From assembly GCA_002633005.1 (NCBI GenBank), contig NMRA01000098.1, positions 433,435 through 497,434 of the forward strand: DNA of 64,000 bases. The letters run 5' to 3'. The translations under genes and the position numbers were made by a program. Numbering within the stretch: the first letter of the stretch is position 1; every line of letters begins with the position of its first letter. This stretch comes from Phoronis australis (lineage: Eukaryota; Animalia; Phoronida). Shown here in pieces: positions 15,401 to 27,400 of the stretch. The notes below the pieces were generated by a model that saw only the letters and a program-made list of their open reading frames with translations, was not told the origin of the DNA and did no database searches.

Positions 15401-18400
15401 AGCAATTGTAAAGACCAAACTTCTGTCTTAAGTCAATTCCATGGAATAGATGACCCCAGGAATTGCAACAAGGGAAAATAAGGGTGAAGGGTGACAGGTG
15501 AAGGGTGAGGGGACAGGTTAACATGGATAAGATATGTTCAATCCATAGCAAGTGACTTGAACAAGGTTACACATTAAGGTCCAGGTCTGTTTTAGTTACA
15601 ATAAAGAAAGTTTTGAAATGTGTTTGATGTTTGCTTTGTAACTAAAAACTAACACTGTGTGTGGGTGGACCATTCACTACAGTAGTCCAATGCAACTTTT
15701 TGTGCGCCCGCAATCATAAACATGATGCTGGTTTAATGGCAACAGCCACTTTCAGGGGTCCAGATTTTGAGAGCTAGTCTGATGCCTGTTATTCAGTAAT
15801 GATCTGGTTCTCAAACAACCATTCTTGTCAAGAAAAAATTACAAGCCATGCAATGTGCAGAGTGAATGTAGCTCTCCGCATGATCTTACATCAAACCACA
15901 TGGTGTCATGCAACAAACCGGCAACAAAATACCATGGAAATAAAGCATCACTAGATCTTATTCTCTGTATGCAACATTCATGTTGACCAGAATTCTTCTC
16001 AGTAATGCCATGAAGCCAATGAATATGTTCCAGTACTATGCAACACACCAATCTGAATGCCAAAGCAGCAGCCGCAGTTTCAAGAAACAATCCCAGACAG
16101 GAAATCAATTATACTTCCTAAAATTTCAGTGAATTTATAGATATGTGCTGACATTGATTTCCTTCTTTTATTTTATCTTCAAGTCTATTTCTAACTTTGA
16201 TACAAACTGATAGTGAACTCTGTGTTGAATTCTTAATATCATAAATTGGGACCTATTAAGACATTGACCCTAATTTAAGGACACAAATCTTTTTATTATC
16301 AGAAATATTATTCATTAGAAAGTGTTGTAAATAAAAGAGAAACCCATAATCAAGATAAAGTAATAGGAAAAATAACATCACCAAAACAAAAAATTCAAAC
16401 TGTTCAAAAGAAGATTAGTGTCAATCATAGATAAAACTAGTCAGTCTGAATATAATTTCTCCAGTATATTTTGCATATAGTAATGGAACTCGTATTGCAA
16501 CCAATAATATAAGGAGATACCGTACTTTAACATAGGTTTATTGATGACTATCCCCGGGCTAGAAGTTAACAACCTAGGATGAAGCCCCTGGTGCCCTCTG
16601 AACAGTTACACATGGTCACTACTACCATCACTGCCCTTGTCCAGACGCACGAACTTCCAAAAAGCCAGACAAAGTCTTTTGTTTGTAAGTCACTGTACTG
16701 CATTGCCACACAATTGGTTGATTTGGCTTGCCTATATGCACTGAAGAGCCAAAATAGAGGCTCCTATCCCAATCATCTAAGTACCACAAGGGGGCGTGGC
16801 ATGCAGCAGGTGCTGACGGAGATGCGTTTGACTCAGTTGGCATGTATAGAATTTTTAGTTTACTATTTCCCTCTCTAAGTCAGTACAGTCAACGTAAGCG
16901 AAAGTTATGAGCACAGTTAGTTAGCGACAGAGGTACAGGGTACGTGTTAGTGCCATTGCCAACAGATGGCGACACCATGAACAGCAGGCATATTAAACGA
17001 CCAGAGTAACACACCTTGACACAACTTATCGGGGCATGGCCTGGCCCGAAAGTGACCTGTTGGGCAAGTGTTCTGACATGCTGAAACATACACGGTGGAT
17101 ATGGTCACAATTCTAGAACACAAGAACAACAAAAAAGTATGGAAAAAAAACAAAGATCTCACAGACCAAGCTGCAAGGAAATATGTAAAATTACAAAACT
17201 GAAAGACTGACTGTGGCTGCATTCTAGAGACCCAAGAAATTCGTAAAAATGCAAGATTCAATTAAAATGTAAAACTTCAAGAGAATTTATGCCCTACATT
17301 AAAATCTAAGCAAATGATGACGCAAGCTGGTTTCCCAAATGTCTTAGGGTCTATGGTGTAGTGTAATGGACACTGTAAAATACAGTTCCAGTTACTGAAA
17401 CCAAAAATCAATGCACAATCATCAAATTTAATTAACCAATAACAAGGAAAAATATAGAGTGGAAATTAGTTACATTACTAGTAAAATTACCGAACTGATA
17501 GACTAACCAGTAGTGTATAAAGAACACTAGCATACAGTTCAAGTTACAGAAACTAAAAAAACAATGCGCAAGAATTAACTTTGACGCAGAAATAACAAAC
17601 TAACGGAAGACAGGAAGAACATGGTATGTTAAGTGTGCTCGATGCAGTGGACAAAAAATAATTATGCAGTTCATTCCTAACTGATAATCCTCCATTATAA
17701 ATGGGTGTAAACCATGACTTCCATCACAAACAATTTCGTTTAGATGACTCATGGTTACTGCTCCTCAAATTGTTGCTCAGTTAAATTAGTAACTTCAGGG
17801 CTTTGAAAGAAATGCATGTTTGTAACTTATTGATTGAGACAAGTTTCTACAAACTGGATTGTCGCGGCGTATCACTTCATGAACTAGCATGATCCCGCAT
17901 GGAATAACAAACTGTCAGTTTTCTGCAAACCCAAGAACCATGTCTCATCTCATGTGTTATAGCGGTAGGTGGTCTAAACTAAAAGTTCGCTTTTTGAATG
18001 GAACAGTGGTTTGGCCACTTAAACGCTGAAACTGGAACTGTGCTGTAAATGAAACAATGAAAAATGTATGTGTCAAAAGATCATTAACTTTCACAAATCT
18101 CACTTATTTATCACAACCTCTGTGTAAATTCTCATGCAAAATAGTAAGTTATTGTTTATAGCCAACTCAAGACCAAAAGTTACAAAATTCTAAGGTAACA
18201 AACTGAGCACCTAACCTGACTTGTTTAACTCTGAAAATGAATTTACATTGCAGATAAAAGACTGCAACTGTTGACAATAAGTTGAAATACTAACCAGAAA
18301 AAGCCACGTTAAACCATGGCGACCTATTTCTGACTTTACAAATAGCTACCATCATTTATCATTTTTCATAGTTCTTGTTCAAAAACGAAACACCTTTCTT

Positions 18401-21400
18401 TAAAACCTAATTTCAACCTGGGACACTAGAGAACAAACCAGGACTGCTAATACTGGTTATGCGCTTTGATCTAGAATTAAGGTCAATCAGGAAAGTAAAC
18501 TATCCAGAACCCAAGTCCCATCTTCAGCACATGTAACATGGAACAAACACACTTGTAATTAATTCACATAGCCATGGAGGTGGATGCAGCCTATCCTAGC
18601 CACCCATTTCATGTGAAATATTTTTTCCGGATTCTTTTGACACCGTGAACAAAATTATACACAAGTTTGCTCCATTTCAGATGGATGTGCAGACTATTAT
18701 AGATCAATGATTTTCATAACAGGAAGATACAAGGAGCAAATGCAGAACTTTGGCATAATGTGAGTGGAGTATAACAGGCCATATTAAGATGCACATATTT
18801 CAAAAGAACACACAACAAGTCTATCTGTCCTCTTACTTTGTACATAATTGTATAGAATTAGGTTATACATATTTGTTTATTACAAACATCAAAATAATGA
18901 CACGACTTGGACCTCTTACCAAGCTTGAGAGAAGAAAACGTTTTTCAAAAAGTTCGTGGGGAAGATGTTTTTTGTTTGACAGATGTGCCTTACCTGAGCA
19001 TATTTTTCCATCGCCATAGAAACCTTTCTTGCATGTGCACCTGTATGATCCGTGTGTATTTTCACAACGAGCGTTTTTATCACATGGTATCATCAAGCAC
19101 TCCAGGGTGTCTGTTGGAGAATACGAGGAAAATAGGAAAACAATGACAGCAAAATGTTCACAAATATAAAACACCAACTGTTTACAAGAAAGTCCAGAGA
19201 CAGGTGAATATTTCATTAAGTCTTTCATACATCCATCATCTCACATGCATACGGACGGAAGACAAACAGTCCTGAGATATTACAGTTTCTTGGCCGTTTC
19301 AACCTAAACCCTCCAATGCATTTAAAAATAATAAAGCCCTTGAACCACACAGCATATGTTTCCCACCTTTGCTACTCATAATAATACAATGTCTATATAA
19401 AATGCAGTTACCAACATAGCCTTTTTGTAAAGCAGTATATTAAATATACAGCTTTGTACTGATGTGGGTAAAAAACTGGCCAAATAAAATTTGACACAAA
19501 AGTAGTGTCATTAAAACTACACTCTTCCTTGAGTTAACTAAATTACTTACTGGTGTTGGAAAAATTAGCATTCTACCATTATTCTGTGGAGCAATCTTTT
19601 GCGTCGGCTTTTGGCGCCATGAAATATTGCATCACCTATCGGCCAGTTTCATTTTTCGTCGATTCGTCAATCAACTTTCTTCATCCACGAGGTTGTGTAC
19701 ATGTCACAACAAATTATCGCAACTGATTTCATTTCATTACAAGTTTTTAGTATTTTAATACCAGCAAACCAAATTTCAGAACAAATTTTGCTGCTGAGAA
19801 GCTGACATCACCTCCCGAGAGATTTTGCAGAAAATTTAGGAAATGGTGCGTGCGCGTGTCACGAGTGTAATGTTTTCAAAACGACGAGACTTTTCTTTGT
19901 TAAAAAAGGTGGAAAATAATGCAATAAAGTCGTTTATTAGATTGTTTTTCACTTGAACGGCTGCAACGGGCAAGGCCAGTGTCAGTTTACCAGATTTTGC
20001 ATGCAGTCCTCAGCAAGTTGTTAGCTCTACATGTTGATATAAGTTTCACGACAAGTGACGATCAGAACTACCTGGGCTGTGTGAAATTCTGGGGTCTAAC
20101 GGAGTGCAACACACAGTGGTACCTAGCTGTATTTTGACGACAGTCTTCATACAGCTAGCTGGCTGGCTGTTACCAGCCCTCCCTGACCCTTCACCCCAGA
20201 CTCCAATCTTCACCTCCATGATATCTCACATTTACTGCTGAAAATGCAACGATGTCTATACCTCAAGTAGCTATCAACTCCTTCACCCTTGACCCTTCAC
20301 ACTTGACCCCTGGCCCTTCACCCCTGACCTCAATCTTCACCATTCTCACCTGTGCACTTGTTACCACTGTAAAGCCTGAACCCCCTGGTGCAAACACATC
20401 TACCAGTTTGCTGGTCACACCCTTGTTCGCAGTTCGTACAGTTTGACGGCTCACTGGTACTGGATAAATAGGCGTTCTTCACATCTGAAGAGACAAACAA
20501 GGCTATTAATTCATATACATCTTGTTGCCATTATAACTGTTGTAGTTGCATCACCTACTATAATATAAACTATGCAAAACTTTAAAGTTAAAACAACCCT
20601 CAGGTGTGCCAATCATACCAGGATAAAAACTCGGTAAAAAGCATTCTTAATTGTACATACCATAAACCTTAGCGTCGAAGTCTGGCACTTTATTTGTGAA
20701 TTCAGCACTGGCGTTAGCGTTGAGATACACTTCTGATCCACTGTTAACAGCGAACCCTGCTGGTAGGAAGACGGTGATGTGAACTTGTGGAGGTGACACA
20801 ACAGATTGACTGTAAACTCCACTAGCCAGGCAAATCACTGCCGAGAGGACACTGATCATAGCCAGATGGGAACTGGAAAATATGGGCATCAGGTGAACAA
20901 TTCCACAATTAGAGTGTATGGACAGATATGCTACAAATTCATAAACCAAGCTGCATGACCCAAAGCCAGCAAATCAACCCAAAACTACTGAACAGCATTT
21001 GCAAATTTGCTTGAGCGTGCCAAACGAGCACCTAATATATAAATAAATTCCAAAGTTTTTGGAGGCATCGGGTCCAAAGATACAACAAGATTCAAGAAAA
21101 GAGCAGAAAGGTTGCTGAGCAATTATCTCTGAGGACTTCAGTTCAAACAAATTATGTCGACACCATAGTACACGTGAATTTTTTTCCATGAATGTACAGT
21201 ACAGCAACTCACTTAGGAGCTCCTCCGTTATGTTTCCCATGATGCCTTGCTGTGCCCTTCTTGTTGTTGTTCTCCGGCTCCAGCTCGTTGCTGTGTCCAT
21301 GTGTAATGGCGGTCTCATAGCCATCATCCAGCGGACTATCGGGACTGTCGCCACGACTGGCGCGGCGATCGTTCACCCCAACCTTGCCAGCCTCCACCAC

Positions 21401-24400
21401 GGTGACTGCACTACTGTTTGTGCTACTGCGTGTGCTGACCTGGCCAATGAAATCAGACAATCGACGTTTCCTTAAAGATGATTTTCATCAACATTTCTAG
21501 GTTACTAAAAGTGTACGCTGGCCATTAGCTCATCTCGAGTGTACATTTTGTGAGTTGAAAACGCTGAAAATTCGGTAGACATGCAAACCGATTTCGTTAA
21601 ATTCACTGACCACAAAAACGTGTGTAAACATCAAAAAATCCACATGTAGCACTGGGAAAGAAGTTATAATGAGCAGAAACAGAATTTCAAATATCAGAAT
21701 TTTCAATAATGGTGGCTATTAATTGCATTAATCATGCAAATTTTATCATGCAACAACCTACAAATGGTTTCATTTAGAAACAAGAAACATGGGGGCAAAT
21801 ATCAATATAATTAGCCTGTAGTGCCTGATATCAGTAAGCACAAGTAGAATTTTTAATCATGGGTGCTTTAATTTGCATAATCTATGAAAATTCTCGCCAA
21901 CATAGCTCCATTAAATTCACTGACCAAGGGTGAAAACATCAACATAATCTAACTGCAGTGCTTGGTGAGGAAGTTAAAAGGAAAAATAAATTTTTGCATA
22001 ATGGTAGTCTTAATTTGCATGAATATTTTAAAAAATGCTCAAGGTTGTCACAAGCCAGCTAAAATGATTCATGGGTAGTACCACCAAACACTTGTGGGTA
22101 CCCCGGGCTACTGGACAATTAAGGCTATCTTAACATTTAAAAGATAATGAACATGTAACTGAATTGAAACCTTATCTTACTTGGAAACAAGTGAAATCTC
22201 TTTTCATTAAAGTATGAAGCACCAATTAAAAGGAATGCATTGTCATTCTTAAGTTGCATACCATAGCAACCATTAGACGATGTTTAGAGACATTGCGGGC
22301 ATTCACCATTCCCTTCATAAAACACTTCAACCATGAGAAGGACCAATTTACTGCCAATTACTTTTGCTATAATTAGTGAAATTCTTCTGTTGAAACTATC
22401 TTCCTTTCCCTTCGCATACCTCCTAACTCCCATCCAATCCCATCCCACATTCCTTCCCAGTTCAAACCCTTTATCGCCCGACCACTCTGGCTCCTGACCT
22501 TGCAACTCGACTCAGTCCCTGCTCTCTCACATCATATTTCCTTCCTCATCACCTCAACAACCTATACTCTCTCACCGTCCTTCCATCCCAATGCCCTGTC
22601 CCCTGTTCCCATATCTCCTCTCTCCCCATGCTGAAGCCCCATCACCCTACCATTCCAAACCACCACCTGCCTATTCTAAATCTTTTTTCCGATCCCAAAG
22701 CTGTCACACACCTCCTGCCTTATTCCACCTCCACCTCTCACTCACCGATTCTCCATCGCCACTTTGTAGGGGACGTGTCAAATTCTGGAGAGATTTTGGC
22801 GAGAAAATATCAGATTGAAATCCGTCTGGAGGTGGTAACGGCCAATCTTCTTCATCACCTTGTGACACACGGTTGGGTTTAAGCGGAGAGAACGTTGAAA
22901 GTTTTGTGTCGACTTTCCTCGGTAAACTGTTTTGTTGGAGTTGGAGAGTGAACGGAGCGCCAAAGTCTGAATGACGGTCTTCATCATGCTCGTTACTGAT
23001 TGGCTCAGGCAGTGGAGGCGGGGGGATGTTCCATTCTGTGTCATCCTGAGAACTGTTACCACTAGCCCTCTTACGCTCAGGGAAATCTGAAACACCGGTG
23101 AGGCATGAAATTCAGTTAACCAAGTCAACTAACGATAGACCCATGAAGTAAACTTACCACTAGAGGCTCGACCAGTTTCACAGCACTTAGCTTGTATTTC
23201 ATCCACTGATTAGTATAAGGACCTGCTGTCATCAGGAGGCCTATTTAGCAGGGAATTTGAAAAATAGCCTCGTGTGTAGTAAAGCAATTTCTGTATTAGC
23301 GACGACTCCACGGTATTAAAGCAATGGATAATATAAATTGATGTACCGTCGACCAAAACTTGTGATTTTTTAACTGTTTGGCTACTGAAATTGAATTACT
23401 CATAAAAAGCTAAGCTCATATATTTTTTTTGCAAAGAAATACAATAAAAGCCAAAATAGATGCGTTAGGTTTTGGTTCTCTGGTACTCGATGATGAACAG
23501 TTTCAGTAACTTTTTGAATCATGGTAGATAATTAGCCTGTGAGTTGTGATGGCAAAAAACATGAGAATGCTTAACACTGGGCTAGATTACATAATAGCTG
23601 GACTGAATGCGCTGTTATCTGAATTTGATACAAAACGGGGAATTTTTGTAATGTACAGGAAACAAAGCGTGATTAAATTTTGTTAATTTTAAATCTGTGG
23701 CTGAATATATTACCAAATTTCCTTTATACCATTTTGAACCTGAAGTCACACTACAACCTATCGTGAACACAGAGCCCATTAAATGTTTTGATTTAAAGAA
23801 GTATAGAATAATGTGAAATCATAACAGATGCTTACAGTTGGTATATTTATTTAAAACGGCATAAACGTTAAGGGCACTGGCAAACACAGCTCCCTTCAGG
23901 TGTGCTGTCTGCATTTTCTGTCATTTCACACTGAGGAAGGGCCAGTAACGTCTGTGACTTTTTAAAATGAATTTACTGTCTTTTGATTTACACCATTTTA
24001 CATCATTTGATGTTAGTTTTTACTATTTTATGAGGTCAAGAACTGTTTTTTGATCTTAATCTGTAATAATAAAATACTCATGACAAAACATGGGTCTGCT
24101 AAAATGAGTTCACACCATGTGTAAAGTTACTATTCCACAAACAATTTTAGCAGCAGACAACAAAATGTTACCATTCAGTGGCGCCCTCTCTCCACTGGTA
24201 TTCAGTGTATCAGCCATAGCTGTAGTGCCGTATCCTGAAACACTTGATTTAGCCTCATCTCCACTTGAAACACCAGTGCCTAAATGATATTGTCATTTTC
24301 ATTTAACTCTCTTTTGAAGAAGATCAAAATACGTCATTTTCCAATAATTGCATGTAAAATCTTTTGGTTGAATAATAGCCAATTACCAATTTATTCTGCA

Positions 24401-27400
24401 GAGCCTTAGCACATATGTGTAGAGATAAACTAAAACCTGAAGCAGGGCAACTAAATGTATTTAAGAGGCAAATCCAGGATTCTCTTATGGGCCTAAAACA
24501 CCCAAGCTTGCATTTTTACAACTAACACCATTAAATACGTTGTGATCAAAATCATTATCAGTACACACTACAATAATTTTCAAAATAAACAAAACAAACT
24601 TCGACAGATTTCTGTCAGATTCTGCCGAACTTGGACTAACTTTTTGCCACAATTACTTGGCAATTGAGTCAGACATTTGTCACAATAAAAAGGTGTCTTT
24701 GTCAGAGTTTAATATGACATTATAGTGCTTATTTCTCAACTGTTTGGATAGTCAACATTTTGTGTGTTGAAACCAATTTCGATGCTGTCCAGTTATTTTG
24801 AGAACTGCTGTACACTGAAATGAAACTTGGCATTAATCAATATCAAATGCCAAGAACACCATCAAACATACTGAGTCCATATCTATTCAAGTTACTGAAT
24901 CATTATTTTTTATTGGCTTTGAATTGTTAGGGATTGAAATTAAACGAGGTTTTACAAGCCTTCGTAAAGTATTGAGTTTTTTCCACAAACAATTTGAGGT
25001 CATTGGCATTTCATTGCCAATGTCTCAGGCTTTTCTGGAGAAGCTGATTAAATTATACCAGATTATTATTATCCAGAAAATCCAAGCAGGTTTGGGGATT
25101 TTTTGTTCCTGGATCAAAGATCATGTTTTGTTTCAAAGCATTAAGTCAGATAAAAATTTGGTTTAACTTGAATTTCAATTATTTGCCTGACTCGAGTCCA
25201 GCAACAAGTACAGAGAAATATTTTTTCACACAGGCATCATAAACTCTATTGAAACAATATCTTTGGGACAAACCTTCAACTGATGCACAAGGAGCTATGG
25301 TTGGCTTTTCTTGACATCTCGTCAAGGCGGGATGTTTCACAACTATGACCTCCTTACGACCTCGTCGAGGGACTTCATTCACTATTGGTTTCCTGATTGG
25401 ACGAGGAATGTCTTCCTCCTCAGTGGATGATTCGCCGGAGTTAAATGAAGGTCGCTTTTTCTTCTTTTTCTTGTTCTTTAGAGATGACTGCTGAGAGCTC
25501 TGTGAACAAAATATAATAAATTCTATTCAATTTCTCATCATGACAGCTACCTGTCAATTTATTTGCACAAACAAATTTTTAAGTAATATTATGAAAAAGA
25601 CAAAATAAGTCTATTGAATAAATGGCTATTAATATAACACTTAGAGCCAAATGGTCATGTTTCTCATATCAATCTGCTACTTTCAAAATAAGTGTAGTGT
25701 AACAGCCTTATTTTATAAATTCTGTTATTTTCTTAAATATAACGAGTAGTAATTGTTATTGCTGAGTGGTTAAACTTTAGAAAATAACTCAGTTATCTAT
25801 TCAAAGCCGAACAAACTGAAACACACCATAACAGAAACATAACACTGTTATAACTATGACAGCCTTGGATAAAGTTTATAACATGCTATGGTATCTAGGC
25901 TGTTAAAGGAAATGAACTTATACGTGAACTATAATTCTCCAGCGAGGATGTCCGCAAAAGCGTCTGTCTTTTGAGAATTGAGGTCAGGGACCCCATCTTG
26001 ACATCCAAGATACGCTTACGAGCATGTTTTCTGTTTTCTCATGAATGTGATACCTAATCAAAGACATCATCAATTCAAAAAAAAAAACAGCAACAAAGTG
26101 CTCTCTACGCAATGATTTGAGACTTCAAAAATTTTTAGCAAATACATGACCCACTGCATGTTGCAAAACAAGTGGGAATGGACATTTACATTTCGAACGA
26201 AATCGTCCTCATTAGGGCTTGCAAACTGCACTACAGACCACGAGACAATAAGTGACTTCTTACATTTCTGGCTGTCAACCCGTTTTCAACACCTCAGTGG
26301 ACACCAACTTTTTTCTGAAAATTCACTCGAAAACTGCATTTGTGATATCTAGGTCGCAATGTTTGTGTCCTCGTCTAACGGCAAACAAGGGAACTGGATT
26401 ACATCTCTCCACAGATTTGAATCAAAAATGGATCTCATCTGCGCTCGAATATGACTTTCTGCGCAACCATCAACATGGGTAAACTTCAAACTTCAATGGA
26501 CACCAAAAATTTTTCACCAATTTTTCCAATATTCAGCATACTGCAGCTACAGGTCTATCTTTTTTGTCGCAAGCTATCAGCAAATTGCGGAGAAAGCCTC
26601 GCCCCCCAAATCAAAATTCCTCAGAAAACCCCCTTCTTGAGTGTATTTCTGTGGGGAATACCTAGCTGTCTGCTGCGCATGCCCACTGCCCATGTCAGTT
26701 ATTTCTGGCATTGTCACAGCAAAGCTAGTCCAAAACATTAAATGAAAACTTCTTTTCAAATACCGAAAAGCAGTAAACATCTGCGATAAGAATATTTTCC
26801 AAATCCAAACTTGCATTGTCAGCGCCGATTGGATTATACACACGTGTATTGAAATACAAACGAGTGAAATGCACATATTCTCAAAAGAACACAACAGTTC
26901 CATACGTGCACGGTGGTAAAGTCTCCTACCTTAGACGTTGTGGTGCTGCTACTCGTTGCCGACCTTCCTGGAACACTGCCATTTGGAAGACTGTTGACTG
27001 TCTCGGGCTGGTCCATTAAAGGTGCCCGGCTCTCATCTGTAACAGGGGAGACCAATATGTAAGGAATTAAAAACAAGATAAATCACTGAGAGAAAGACAG
27101 TTCAGACACCAATATAGTTTGTACGCCTTTTCATATTCCGTGTGTATGGTTTCAGCTGACTGGCCTGATTTTTCAGAGGCTATTTAGCATGAATTTCTTT
27201 AATTGATCAAACACCCTAATTAATCAAAATTTGCCCTTATTTCAAAAATCTAAAGCCAAGAAATGAATTTTTTTAAACGATGTGTAAGTGAATTATACTA
27301 CGTACAGACTCAAGCTTAATTGCAACCCCAAACAGAAACAATTACACAGCTTTATTGAACATTGGCCAGCATGGTTTTAGGATCATCTTCTGCTGCCACC

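Noticed and set aside
25920-26053. Candidate exon or myristoylation-like MGSLTS ORF on the minus strand
   Set aside because: No phase-compatible splice sites, and exons 5 and 6 join directly.
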